This document shows positions 39,481 to 49,429 of a stretch of 64,000 bases of DNA, in pieces; position 1 is the stretch's first letter, and each line of letters begins with the position of its first letter. A program made the position numbers and the translations under genes. Source of the stretch: a virus; the IMG/VR virus record IMGVR_UViG_3300012642_000011, positions 32,001 to 96,000 of that record. One strand, written 5' to 3'. The notes under the pieces were generated by a model that was not told where the DNA came from, did no database searches, and worked only from the letters and a program-made list of their open reading frames with translations.

Positions 39481-40491
39481 ATGACGAATGCAATTATAGT
39501 GATATGCGTATACTTGTTTGTATACCCTATTCTTTTTAGATTGATGGCTGTATTGCATACTGAAATGAGAGTGAAGCCTGCTATGGAGAAGGCAAGGAAG
39601 AATAAGGCTAAAAAGATCCCTAAACCTATCTGGTCTAATAAATGGGGACCAAGGCTTTCCTTTGCCTTCAAAGATAAGAGAGTAGCCACTTTTGGTAAGT
39701 CAACTTTAGGATCACTTCAAAATAGACAGATCGCTTTAATAATCTACATACTAGGAATGATCCTGATGGTTTACTCAACATTCTCAAGCGAAATTATGAA
39801 TCAAGCTCTTGGATACGTAGCAGCATTCTGTGTGTTTCTCATAGCGGTATTCTACGCTATGAATCGTGCCAAGAGCGTAGTTGATGTTAGGAGCAATAAG
39901 ATTGGGAAGATGTTTGAAATTGCTGCTGCCAAATTGAGCATCTCAAGAGAGTATGCTGAAAACCCCAATGCTGTTGTTGAAGTAAAAGAATGGAGAGATC
40001 TTGTTTACCCCCAAGAAGTAAAGTTTTATATCCCACCTACACTTGACCAAAATGCTGAAGATGGGTTCTTGAGACAATTCAATCAAGTGTTTGGATCAGA
40101 AACCACATTTGTGACGCACAATACTCAAGATAATGGTAATCCTGGTTGGGATGGAGAGAATGGAGAGTACACTATCAAGGCTGTGCCACCATTGCCTATG
40201 AAAGCACCATGGAGTGAGAAGTATGTGCTGGATGAAAGAATTGCATGGAGCTTTTTCCCTATTGCTCTTGGCGTTGAAAATGGTGTAGAACTCGTTGATC
40301 CAGAGACAGGGGAAAAGGAGAATGTTCTTGGATTTGATCTTGCAGGAGAGCAAGTCTCCCTTGCCAAGAAACATGGTGTTAAATTAGGTGGAGAAATCGT
40401 TGTAGCACCCATGGTACTCATTGCAGGTGGTACTGGTGGTGGCAAGGCAGAGGACATCAACACCAAAGTCTTGAGATATGTCGAAGATTGA
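39481..40491 (+). CDS. Membrane protein with a C-terminal P-loop-like motif (GGTGGGKA)
   Basis: Three TM helices in the N-terminal half. …LIAGGTGGGKAED… lies within 20 aa of the stop. Confidence 0.4.
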   Translation: MTNAIIVICVYLFVYPILFRLMAVLHTEMRVKPAMEKARKNKAKKIPKPIWSNKWGPRLSFAFKDKRVATFGKSTLGSLQNRQIALIIYILGMILMVYSTFSSEIMNQALGYVAAFCVFLIAVFYAMNRAKSVVDVRSNKIGKMFEIAAAKLSISREYAENPNAVVEVKEWRDLVYPQEVKFYIPPTLDQNAEDGFLRQFNQVFGSETTFVTHNTQDNGNPGWDGENGEYTIKAVPPLPMKAPWSEKYVLDERIAWSFFPIALGVENGVELVDPETGEKENVLGFDLAGEQVSLAKKHGVKLGGEIVVAPMVLIAGGTGGGKAEDINTKVLRYVED

Positions 40492-40503
40492 GAGAAACAG
40501 TCT

Positions 40504-41349
40504 ATGGCACGTTACCGTGGTAAGTCAAAAGTAGAAAACGATCCGTTAGATGAAGCGTTTGAGAATGGTTTCTATTTCAATCACTCTGACGTGAAGTTCA
40601 CTCTATATAGGTCAAGGATGAGTCCATTCAGGTGGTCACCCACGGATGCTAGAAGTGTGCTCATAGGATACAACACCCAAGATGAAATTGATCATATTCT
40701 ACAAAGAGTGAAAAATCATTCTAGGACACATCAAGACTCCATGTACTTTGAAATCATTGATTTCTCTGAAAACAAGAAAGATGAGTTCAAGAACAACATC
40801 AGAGAACATAGCAAAGCAATCAATTTCAAGTATGCCCACAGTGTTGAAAAAGAAGTCACAAGAATACAAAAGTACAGACAGAGAATTCATGAATCCAATT
40901 ATGGTTATTATGATTCTACAAGGAGATTCTATATCCCTTTCTTTATTTTGGCGGATAGAAAGTTGACATCATCAGAATCAAAAGCCATTCATGTGTTGAT
41001 CACTTCTCCCAACAAGAACGTGTACCCATTCTTTGCTATTGAAGATGTGACTGCTATGCCAGACGATCTCATTAAAAAATTCGATATGTTTGCTGCCATA
41101 GGTGATACCAACACATATGCCATGTCTTCTCTCTATCCTCAAAGATATGTGGAATCTGGAACGCCTAAAAAAGATTGGATAGGTGTAGGTTACTCTAAGA
41201 GTAAAAAACACAATGTGATTCTGCATTCGACAAACACACGAGAAATCAATGAATATGGCATGGAAGTCAACAACCTGAAAAAGAAAAAACTTGAGGCATA
41301 TAAGAAGTATTTGACCACTCTGGATGATATGATCATAGAAATGGAATGA
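40504..41349 (+). CDS. Hypothetical protein (possibly the continuation of the upstream ORF)
   Basis: Starts 12 nt after the previous stop. No recognisable motif. Confidence 0.4.
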   Translation: MARYRGKSKVENDPLDEAFENGFYFNHSDVKFTLYRSRMSPFRWSPTDARSVLIGYNTQDEIDHILQRVKNHSRTHQDSMYFEIIDFSENKKDEFKNNIREHSKAINFKYAHSVEKEVTRIQKYRQRIHESNYGYYDSTRRFYIPFFILADRKLTSSESKAIHVLITSPNKNVYPFFAIEDVTAMPDDLIKKFDMFAAIGDTNTYAMSSLYPQRYVESGTPKKDWIGVGYSKSKKHNVILHSTNTREINEYGMEVNNLKKKKLEAYKKYLTTLDDMIIEME

Positions 41350-42008
41350 GGTATATAATGGGAAGATTTGAAGAAGTAACTTTAGGTGAATTGAGAGAAG
41401 GGGATAAAATCCCCGGACCTAATGGTGAATTGGTAACAGTGGTGAAAGGATACGATCATCACATTCCAGAGAAAATGTATGAGATAGAAAATGATAATGG
41501 GGATACTCTAAAAGTGTCAGGAAATCATTTAATGTATGTGGAATCCTCTATTGATACAAGTTACCATCCGACTAGAGTGAAGAATGATAAGAAAACCCTG
41601 AAAAAATATGATAATAATAAAATGTCTGACATCAGGGATTACGTCAACACTCATCAAACAGGAGACCACGATGTATCTCTTCATGAAGTAGTATCTTTTA
41701 TGGATGCCCAAAATGATCAAGCAGTCATTAACGTTCTACAAAGAATTGCTGCATCTATCGGACCAGTGGCAGAAGACAACTATAGTGTCCGTGACCTCTA
41801 TGATGATGAAGTAGTACAAGATAATAATTCTATTCAAAAGTATGATAAAAGGGAATTTTTTCAACAGATTCTGGCGTTATCCCCTAGAGACAAGAAAGAC
41901 AAAAATATACCTGTCATTATAGGCAGAGTGATCACAGCAGACCAGATGTTTGAAGAAATGGAATACTCTGAAATTTCCATACCAAATCCCCCTTCGATCA
42001 CAAGTTGA
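41346..42008 (+). CDS. Hypothetical protein with a weak Hint-like N-terminal pattern
   Basis: …GDKIPGPNGELVTVVKGYDHHIPEKMYEIENDNGDTLKVSGNHLMYV… loosely resembles Hint/intein-N β-strand spacing but lacks a catalytic Cys. Confidence 0.3.
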   Translation: MRYIMGRFEEVTLGELREGDKIPGPNGELVTVVKGYDHHIPEKMYEIENDNGDTLKVSGNHLMYVESSIDTSYHPTRVKNDKKTLKKYDNNKMSDIRDYVNTHQTGDHDVSLHEVVSFMDAQNDQAVINVLQRIAASIGPVAEDNYSVRDLYDDEVVQDNNSIQKYDKREFFQQILALSPRDKKDKNIPVIIGRVITADQMFEEMEYSEISIPNPPSITS

Positions 42009-42075
42009 AGCATGATCAGTTGCGTTGCTTATTGTGATAATATAGTTAAGAAAACTTCTAACGGAGGAATAACAC

Positions 42076-42777
42076 ATGGACCAAAAAACTTATCAGGGAT
42101 CTTCCTTGAACGGCTATCAGATGAGTCAGGGATATCCTGACACTGAAGTTGACAATAATCAGAAATTCTATCGTAGTGTCCTGACATGGACAGCGGCCAC
42201 TTTGGTGATCTGTGGTCTTTCTGCCCTTTTCATTGGCCCACTCGTCCCACCTGCAATGGTGCTCCCCATCTCTATTGCTGTGCTTGTAGGCTTGCTGGTT
42301 GCCTCATTTGTAAGGAACCTTTTATACAAATTTGCTGATTTCTTCGCTATCGTGGTTCCTGCTGCACTCGGTCCTGTGATCTATGCTGTAGTAGCGCAGT
42401 ATACTAGCGCAGGTATGGGTTCAGTCGTCATCAATGCTCTTCTTGGAACTGCTATGATCTTCTGCATTATGGCTGCTATTGGATGGACCAGTAAGAAGAA
42501 CTTCATGTCCATGGGCAAGTATCTCTTTGCCATCGTACTTGGATTGATCGCTTTCTCCTTGCTGAATATCTTCCTTCTGAAGTCAGCAATGATCTCCTTT
42601 GTCATCTCCATTGGAGTCTTGATCATCTTTTCCCTTTACATCATATATGATTTGCAGGCTGTGAAGACAAGGGCATTTGGAGACAAGGCATCTATCTACG
42701 CTTTGAACATATTCCTTGACATTTACAACATCTTCATCAGTCTACTGCAAATCTTGGGGTTCCTTTCCAAAGACTGA
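42076..42777 (+). CDS. Bax-inhibitor-1/YccA-family membrane protein
   Basis: 233 aa with 7 predicted TM helices and a Q/G-rich N-terminus. RBS GGAGG. Confidence 0.65.
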   Translation: MDQKTYQGSSLNGYQMSQGYPDTEVDNNQKFYRSVLTWTAATLVICGLSALFIGPLVPPAMVLPISIAVLVGLLVASFVRNLLYKFADFFAIVVPAALGPVIYAVVAQYTSAGMGSVVINALLGTAMIFCIMAAIGWTSKKNFMSMGKYLFAIVLGLIAFSLLNIFLLKSAMISFVISIGVLIIFSLYIIYDLQAVKTRAFGDKASIYALNIFLDIYNIFISLLQILGFLSKD

Positions 42778-42804
42778 TAAGACTAATTGATTCAGTTCAC
42801 GTTA

Positions 42805-42838
42805 CAGGCCAGAGCATACGTTCTGGCCTGTTTTCTTT
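42805..42838 (+). terminator. Rho-independent terminator
   Basis: CAGGCCAGA-gcatacgt-TCTGGCCTG followed by TTTTCTTT. Confidence 0.8.
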
Positions 42839-42934
42839 GTGGACATTCTTTGCAAAATGGCATGCTCTGTGATAGAATTGCCTCTTTAGAGAAGAAGATA
42901 TCATTTAACCTATTTCAAGGGAGTGGATTGCAAA

Positions 42935-44386
42935 ATGGCATCAAATAAAAAATATGCATTGAATGTGAAAACAGGTGAAGTCACATTGTGTACTGCAAGT
43001 GTAGGCTCATGCCCACATCAGAAGGACTCAGAACATTTCAGTAATGAGTCAGAAGCAAGAGCCGCTTATGAGGAAATGAATCAGACTTTGAGCACACCAT
43101 TGAAGAAATCTGATAAGAAAGTTTCACTTGATTCCATCATGGATATTACCCAGATTCAGCCTTTGATCAAGAATAAGTATCTCCGTTCACCGCAGCACCC
43201 CAAGGATGATACTTTGAGGATTCTCTGCTATGCACCCCGAGCACAGATGGAAGGCAAGTGGAACAACATCACTAGGCAGGCTAGAGGATTGATAGTTCAG
43301 TCTTCAAGAGATGACTTTGCTGACGCAGTTGTCGTCCAGAGGCCATGGGAAAAGTTCTATACATTGAGTCAGATGGAGTCGGGTTGGCATTTGGGAGATG
43401 ATGAAGAAGGCACAGAGTCTGTCGATGACGATCAGTTGGGCACTATTGATTTCAATGCTAAGGCTGAAGTCACAGATAAACTTGATGGTTCCATGCTTGT
43501 TCTCTACAGAGACCCTGATGGTCAGCCAGCAGTGGCAACCAAGGGTTCCTTTGACATGCCTAAAGAGTTTAATAAGCATATTCAAGAGAATGAGAACATG
43601 TACAATACGATGAACGATCTTCTTGACAATCATTCTCAGAACACATTTATTTTCGAAGGCGTCAGCCCTACTAATAGGATTGTTTTGAAATACGATAAGC
43701 GAGATATAAGACTTATCGGCATCACCCAGAAGAAGAGTGGATTGTATGTTCCTCTTGATGATTATAATGATGTGTGGAGTGCAGACAAAGGTCTTAACAG
43801 AACGTCTCCAATGAAGGCAAACACTCTCAATGAGGCTCTTGCTTTGCCTCCAAGGCAGAACGCAGAAGGAATCATTGTCAGAATCATCACTGATGACCCT
43901 ACTACACAGAAGCAAATCAAGATCAAACAGGAAGATTATCTTGCTTTGCACAAGGTGAGAACAAACTTCTCCCCCGTTGACATCAGAAATGCTATGCGTG
44001 AAGAGAATCCAAGTCAGTATGAAGTCTTTGAAGCGTTGAAGAAGGGTGATTCATCATGGATGAAGTCAAACCACACTATAACCAATGGTCTTGATCCCAA
44101 GGATGACGCTGAAGAGATTGAGAGGAGGAAGAAGATGCTGAACAAGGCATTCACTGAAGGCTTGTCAGAGCAGTTGAAAGGCTATGAGATCGCTCAACAG
44201 TTCAGTCACATCAAGGAGAAGAAGGACGCAGTAATGCAGATTCAGAAACTTGATGCAAGCAAGGAAGCAAAGTCAACAGCGATGTCTCTTCACGGCTTAT
44301 CCAAAGAGGATCTGAAGCAAGCGGATGGAAAAAGATTCATCACTATAGCGGCTAGAAAGGTCGGACTTGACATCTTGGATGGATAA
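42935..44386 (+). CDS. ATP-dependent RNA ligase-like nucleotidyltransferase (Rnl1-like) with a KxDG motif
   Basis: ATG 42935 lies 11 nt after AGGGAG. Motif I …EVTDKLDGSMLVLYRD… resembles T4 Rnl1 KEDGSL. Downstream …IFEGVSP… and a K-rich segment are consistent with ligase motifs. Confidence 0.5.
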   Translation: MASNKKYALNVKTGEVTLCTASVGSCPHQKDSEHFSNESEARAAYEEMNQTLSTPLKKSDKKVSLDSIMDITQIQPLIKNKYLRSPQHPKDDTLRILCYAPRAQMEGKWNNITRQARGLIVQSSRDDFADAVVVQRPWEKFYTLSQMESGWHLGDDEEGTESVDDDQLGTIDFNAKAEVTDKLDGSMLVLYRDPDGQPAVATKGSFDMPKEFNKHIQENENMYNTMNDLLDNHSQNTFIFEGVSPTNRIVLKYDKRDIRLIGITQKKSGLYVPLDDYNDVWSADKGLNRTSPMKANTLNEALALPPRQNAEGIIVRIITDDPTTQKQIKIKQEDYLALHKVRTNFSPVDIRNAMREENPSQYEVFEALKKGDSSWMKSNHTITNGLDPKDDAEEIERRKKMLNKAFTEGLSEQLKGYEIAQQFSHIKEKKDAVMQIQKLDASKEAKSTAMSLHGLSKEDLKQADGKRFITIAARKVGLDILDG

Positions 44387-44433
44387 GTGGTATACTTTAC
44401 CTCGGTGGGGTCACAGAAGAACCCACAGGCACC

Positions 44434-45048
44434 TTGTATGTGCTTTCAATGAACACAAGGAAGATACCGATGGAGAGCTTAATTGAGTTAAACAAGAGAA
44501 TCACTAAGGACATTGCTGTTATCGTCAATCCCTCATTTCAGGTGATTGAGAAGAAGTCATGGAAGGATGTAGCGACACTGCTAAGCAGAAATGAAGCATA
44601 TGTCATCCTGCCACGTGAAGATAACAGCCTGATTCGTAGTGCTCATCTTGAGTTCTCATGGCCTCTCGTGGTATGCCAGACACGTTATTCTCGCCCAAAT
44701 CACTCAAACAAGAAGAAGAGGGAACTTGATTCTCCTTCTAACAAGAATGAGATCTTGAAGAGGGACGGTAAGGTGTGTAGGTACTGCAATGGTTATGGTG
44801 ACACCCTTGACCACGTTGTGCCTAAGTCCAAGTTGATCAAGCAGGGAAAGAACCCAAACACTTGGGGAAACCTTGTGATCGCTTGCAAGGCTTGCAACTC
44901 TAAGAAGTCTGACAAGACTCCTGAGGAAGTTGGATTCAAGTCTCCTGTCATCACACCAGGATACGTAGAGACATCTCCTTCCAGTGTTGACGGTCTTGAA
45001 GAGTTGATCTACACTGCTATCATGGAGGGCAGTGCAGCCTCAATGTAA
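44434..45048 (+). CDS. HNH endonuclease
   Basis: …CRYCNGYGDTLDHVVPKS…NLVIACKACNSKK… is an HNH/Zn-finger core. The start may be ATG 44470 (RBS AGGAAG). Confidence 0.8.
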   Translation: MYVLSMNTRKIPMESLIELNKRITKDIAVIVNPSFQVIEKKSWKDVATLLSRNEAYVILPREDNSLIRSAHLEFSWPLVVCQTRYSRPNHSNKKKRELDSPSNKNEILKRDGKVCRYCNGYGDTLDHVVPKSKLIKQGKNPNTWGNLVIACKACNSKKSDKTPEEVGFKSPVITPGYVETSPSSVDGLEELIYTAIMEGSAASM

Positions 45049-45058
45049 TCCATGAATC

Positions 45059-45115
45059 ATGTGGCCGTTGCTGATAATCAATCTGATTGTTAGCAACGGC
45101 CACATTTGTTTTCTG
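45059..45115 (+). terminator. Rho-independent terminator with a long loop
   Basis: ATGTGGCCGTTGCT…(19-nt loop)…AGCAACGGCCACAT (14-bp perfect stem) followed by TTGTTTTCTG. Confidence 0.75.
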
Positions 45116-45127
45116 TTATTATAAGGT

Positions 45128-46723
45128 ATGAAGAAGAATTTTATTAGACACTTGACACCAGAAGAGAAAGAGACCTTCTATGGGGCTATCGTCCTTGCAC
45201 AGTCAGAGATGCCTCACCTGATTGATATATTCCTTTCCATGCGTCCTTTCTATGACTCTACTGCTAAAACAGCCTATGTGGATGCTGACATCAGAGTGGG
45301 ATTGAGCGATTGGTTTTTCACTAAAACCACGCCAGCAGAAAGAGCGTTTGTTGTCACACATGAAGCATTGCATGTGCTTAATGCCCATGTGATTAGAACC
45401 CAAGAGTACGAATTGGATGATGCTCAAATTAGTGCAGACCTTGAAATCAACACCACATTGTTGGATTCCATGAAACTTACTGTGATAAAGGCACCTCAAG
45501 GAATCTTAACGCCCAAAAGATATGGACTTGCTCCCCGAAAGTCTATGGAATATTATTTAAAGAAATTAAATGCGAAGAAGAAAAGAAATCCTGACGACAT
45601 TGAGATCACAGATGAACCTCATGACTATGATGAACAAGAACAGGATGAAGATCAGGAGATAGAAGAGGAAGAAAATGCAACTGTCAATGAGGGCGAGTCT
45701 GACTCAGAAGATTACTATGAGACAGAGAACAAAATAGAGGAAGATGGTGATGAGGGAAGTTCCTCTGAGGACAGTTCTAGTGATGGTGATGAAAGCCAAG
45801 AGGGAGATGGTAACCAAGAAGGAGAAGGGGCCGGAGAGGGCGCTGAGAGCGATTCTGAGAGCAGTGGAGACGGTGAAGGATCAGAGTCAGGGTCAAGTGG
45901 TTCTAACGCTTCAGAAGGCTATGCAGAGTCTTCTGAAGCAGGATATGAATGCGACCAACTGAATGATGAAAGAAAGCATCATGCTGATGAAGCAGGTATT
46001 GAAAAGGCAGGATCAGTAGAGCAGATTAATGCAATTTCATCTGCAATACAAAGGATTGAAGAGGAAATCAAATCTTCTTCTGGATATAGCGAGAATGTCA
46101 GTGATGCTTTGGCGGCAATGGTGGCTAATATCACAGCGCCGAAGATGGATTGGACAAAAGAGTTTGCTCGTCTGATCAGTCAGGCTTACACAGAAGCAAA
46201 ATCAGGTCATGAGCACCTTTCTTACAAGAGAGTGAACAGAAGGTCACAGGGTGATTTCATCATGCCAGGTAGAATCTCCTATGAGCCTACTTTGATGTTT
46301 GCAACTGATATCTCTGGTTCCATGGGGACAGAGAAAATTGAGGCCGCTGTATCTGAGGCAGAAGGAATTGTTGCAAAGGCTTTCAAGACAAGAAGGAACA
46401 TGAGTTTTTTCGCGGTATCAACTTCTGTTTCTCAGATCAGAAAAGTAAGGTCGTTTAAAGAACTTGACTTGAGTATCGGTGGTGGCACCACGATGTCTGT
46501 AGGGTATAGGTATGTGACAGAACTGCCTCGTAAAGATCAGCCTGATGTTTTCGTACTTGCCACAGATGCCGAACTCGGGGGAGATGATTGGCAGAAGATC
46601 GCTGACATAGTAAGCGCTAACCCTCAAATCGTTTATGTAATGCTTGTCATATCTGAAAAAGACAACCTTGTTCCCGAAGGAATTAAAGGATTGATAAAAA
46701 TTTTGCAACTCTCTGAGTTTTAG
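45128..46723 (+). CDS. DUF2201-type protein with an N-terminal putative metallopeptidase (HExxH) and a C-terminal VWA-like domain with an acidic insert
   Basis: …AFVVTHEALHVLNAHV… lies in a DUF2201_N-like context. C-terminal …FATDISGSMG… has MIDAS-like DxSxS and …VFVLATDAEL…. Confidence 0.7.
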   Translation: MKKNFIRHLTPEEKETFYGAIVLAQSEMPHLIDIFLSMRPFYDSTAKTAYVDADIRVGLSDWFFTKTTPAERAFVVTHEALHVLNAHVIRTQEYELDDAQISADLEINTTLLDSMKLTVIKAPQGILTPKRYGLAPRKSMEYYLKKLNAKKKRNPDDIEITDEPHDYDEQEQDEDQEIEEEENATVNEGESDSEDYYETENKIEEDGDEGSSSEDSSSDGDESQEGDGNQEGEGAGEGAESDSESSGDGEGSESGSSGSNASEGYAESSEAGYECDQLNDERKHHADEAGIEKAGSVEQINAISSAIQRIEEEIKSSSGYSENVSDALAAMVANITAPKMDWTKEFARLISQAYTEAKSGHEHLSYKRVNRRSQGDFIMPGRISYEPTLMFATDISGSMGTEKIEAAVSEAEGIVAKAFKTRRNMSFFAVSTSVSQIRKVRSFKELDLSIGGGTTMSVGYRYVTELPRKDQPDVFVLATDAELGGDDWQKIADIVSANPQIVYVMLVISEKDNLVPEGIKGLIKILQLSEF

Positions 46724-46820
46724 AAACAGCCTTTAGTTAAAATAGACTTGTGTCGGCAGAGTCCGAAGAGATAAGAAATACTTTAACGTATAGATGCCAG
46801 AAATAAAAGGAGAATGTCAA

Positions 46821-47957
46821 ATGGTAGCAAAAAGTGAAATTGAAAAGAATATTCAGGATTATGTACAATCGTTTAGCAACGATAAGAGCGTTTTCAAAAG
46901 TTCTGGCATCATGCTTATGAGCGATAAGCCTAAGAATGTTCCCACTATAAGCACAGGATCAATGGTTCTGGACAATGCTTTGGGCGGTGGAATCCCTGTA
47001 GGCAGAGTTATTGAGATCTTTGGGCCAGAATCCTCAGGTAAGACGACGTTCGCTTTGACATCCATTGCTGAAGTCCATAAGAATGGTGGTTATGCGGGTT
47101 TCATTGACATGGAATATGCCCTTGATCCCAGTTATGCTGCGAAATTGGGCGTAGATATGGATAAATTGGTTTATGCACAGCCTTCTTATGCTGAAAAGGC
47201 AATTGATCTCATGTGTCAACTTGCTGAAGACGGCATGCTTAAACTTGTTGTCTTGGACTCTATTGCTGCTATGGTTCCACTTGCTGAACTTGAAGGCGGT
47301 GCAGAAGATATCACTGTTGGGCTTCTTGCTCGTAAACTCTCTGCGGGATTGAGAAAGTTGATTGGTCTCGCCAGTCAGACAGGAACAACTTTTATTTTGA
47401 TCAACCAGACTCGTGATCAGATTGGTGGATTCTCTCCTTATGGTACACCACAGACGACTCCCGGTGGTAAGGCAACGAAGTTCTATGCTTCACAGAGAAT
47501 TGAAATTAAGAGGTCGAAGATTGAAGAGCGTTCAGGAAACAATGAATCTGCAGCATCTGCATCAAAGTTGACGTTCGAGGTCAAGAAGAACAAGATTGCA
47601 CCTCCCGGTGCCAAGGGTTCTACAGTTATCAGGTTCGGGTCAGGACTGGATAGAGTAGCAGAACTTCTTACAGTTGGGGATAAGTTCGGAGTTATTCAGA
47701 GACCGAACAATAGGACTTATATTGACGCTGAGACAGGTGAAATCATCGGTAAGTCAAGGGCAGAGGCTGAGACATTCCTCTCAGAAAACCCCGATGTCAT
47801 TGATAGGATGATGAGAACTGCTCGTGAAAACATGAAGGAAGGTGGTTTTGATTCTCAGAACCTTGAAGTTGATTTGAATGATGATATCGATGAGGATCTT
47901 GCTGCCGTTGAGGAAACGGAAACTGTTTCCATCAAGGCTCCTGAGTCAAAGAAGTGA
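46821..47957 (+). CDS. recA: RecA recombinase
   Basis: ATG 46821 lies 8 nt after AAGGAG. Walker A …EIFGPESSGKTTFAL…. Loops L1/L2 (…TQTTPGGKATKFYASQRIEI…). Acidic C-terminus. Confidence 0.95.
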   Translation: MVAKSEIEKNIQDYVQSFSNDKSVFKSSGIMLMSDKPKNVPTISTGSMVLDNALGGGIPVGRVIEIFGPESSGKTTFALTSIAEVHKNGGYAGFIDMEYALDPSYAAKLGVDMDKLVYAQPSYAEKAIDLMCQLAEDGMLKLVVLDSIAAMVPLAELEGGAEDITVGLLARKLSAGLRKLIGLASQTGTTFILINQTRDQIGGFSPYGTPQTTPGGKATKFYASQRIEIKRSKIEERSGNNESAASASKLTFEVKKNKIAPPGAKGSTVIRFGSGLDRVAELLTVGDKFGVIQRPNNRTYIDAETGEIIGKSRAEAETFLSENPDVIDRMMRTARENMKEGGFDSQNLEVDLNDDIDEDLAAVEETETVSIKAPESKK

Positions 47958-47980
47958 TGATCTTCTAACATCCAATTGAT

Positions 47981-48020
47981 AACTCTCCCAGATATAACTC
48001 TGGGAGAGTTATTTATTTTA
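47981..48020 (+). terminator. Rho-independent terminator after recA
   Basis: AACTCTCCCAGA-tataac-TCTGGGAGAGTT (12-bp perfect stem) followed by ATTTATTTTA. Confidence 0.85.
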
Positions 48021-48029
48021 AGGAAGACA

Positions 48030-49367
48030 ATGGTATCATTAAAAGAAACAGACTTTGTAGCCTATCACACTATGGAAGCGGCCATGCGCGCCCGAATCAT
48101 GCCTATGCTTGTGGGCGATCCTGCAACATCAAAGACGGCTATGGTTAAAGCACTGGCAGAACGTTTAGGGTATTTTTTGATCATTATTGTGCCGTCAAGA
48201 ATGGAGCCACAGGATATCTCTGGTTTCCCTACGAAAGAAGACGTTATCAATGAGAGTGGCGAAAAAATAGGAATCATGACTGCATATGCTCCACAATATT
48301 GGCAGTGGATAGTGATGGAGAAAAAGAGAGTCATGGTTTTCGTTGATGAATTCTCCAACACACCGCCATCAGTGCGTGCATCATTGCTTTCCTTCTTCCA
48401 AGACAGGCAATTTCCCAATGGTGATTATCTTCCTGAGGAGACGATTTTAGTAGGGGCAATGAACCCAACGTCTTCAGCAGCAGATGGTTATGAGATGGAT
48501 AAGGCAACAGTGAACAGAATGATGTTCATTGCGTGGAAGCCAACAGTGGAATCATGGTTATCGGGAATGATTGATAATTGGGGAAAGGGTGATCAACTTT
48601 CTGATGAAGAGAAAAGATGGAGGCAGATTGTTCACGACTTCATTAAGGAGAATCCTGGATGGCTACACAATATGGATGGGACTATAGATGATGGTAAATC
48701 GGTAAGTGGTTCAACATTAAATGATAGGATGAAAGGTAACTCACGTCAAGTGTCCAATTCCAGTATTGACGGCATGGCTGCAATGATGGGGATGGGGGAT
48801 ATAAATGACGATGTATCTATGACTGTGATGCAGTATGCATGGCCGTCAAGAAGAAGTTGGGATAATCTGATTAAAGTGCTTTCCTCTATGCAGACAACAG
48901 ACCCCATGATTGAGGATAATGCTGCTGTGGGGCTTATTGGAATCAAGGCTGCTAGTGTCTTTAGGGGATGGCTGAAAAGAAATAATCTTGAGTCAAGGAT
49001 CAACGTCTCCGAAATATTTGCAGATCCCCAATCCTTTGATGGTTGGGGAACATTGTCACATAGTGAGGTCAATGATGTTCTTCGCTATGCTGAACAGAAT
49101 TCAGTTGATCCAAAGTCAATCAATAATTTTGCCAAAGTATTGACATTCTTGGCAAGAGCAGACAGGTCATCAGAGGCTGCACCTTACGTGATGAAACTCA
49201 TGGATAGTCAGAAGCGGGCTATTTCTAGTATCAGAGAAGATGAGATTAGAGAAAAGATGAAAGAGTTCTTCAACAACCAGATGATGAGCATCACAAGATT
49301 GTATCAGGGTGTTCATGGTGCTTCATATAAGGCGCGTGAGAGCGCTAACAAGAGCATCAAGGATTAA
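48030..49367 (+). CDS. MoxR-like (AAA_5) AAA+ ATPase
   Basis: ATG 48030 follows AAGGAAG. Walker A …LVGDPATSKTAMVKALAERLG…. Walker B …VMVFVDEFSNTPPSVRASLLSFFQDR…. Confidence 0.8.
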   Translation: MVSLKETDFVAYHTMEAAMRARIMPMLVGDPATSKTAMVKALAERLGYFLIIIVPSRMEPQDISGFPTKEDVINESGEKIGIMTAYAPQYWQWIVMEKKRVMVFVDEFSNTPPSVRASLLSFFQDRQFPNGDYLPEETILVGAMNPTSSAADGYEMDKATVNRMMFIAWKPTVESWLSGMIDNWGKGDQLSDEEKRWRQIVHDFIKENPGWLHNMDGTIDDGKSVSGSTLNDRMKGNSRQVSNSSIDGMAAMMGMGDINDDVSMTVMQYAWPSRRSWDNLIKVLSSMQTTDPMIEDNAAVGLIGIKAASVFRGWLKRNNLESRINVSEIFADPQSFDGWGTLSHSEVNDVLRYAEQNSVDPKSINNFAKVLTFLARADRSSEAAPYVMKLMDSQKRAISSIREDEIREKMKEFFNNQMMSITRLYQGVHGASYKARESANKSIKD

Positions 49368-49429
49368 AAGACAGTAACTGATCAGACGGCGATTTTGATA
49401 GAATCTCAATCGGAAGAATTTTTATAGGG

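Noticed and set aside
46724-46820. SOS (LexA/Cheo) box upstream of recA
   Set aside because: No CGAAC-N4-GTTCG or GAAC-N4-GTTC palindrome found in the recA leader. The region shows only an SD and AT-rich sequence.
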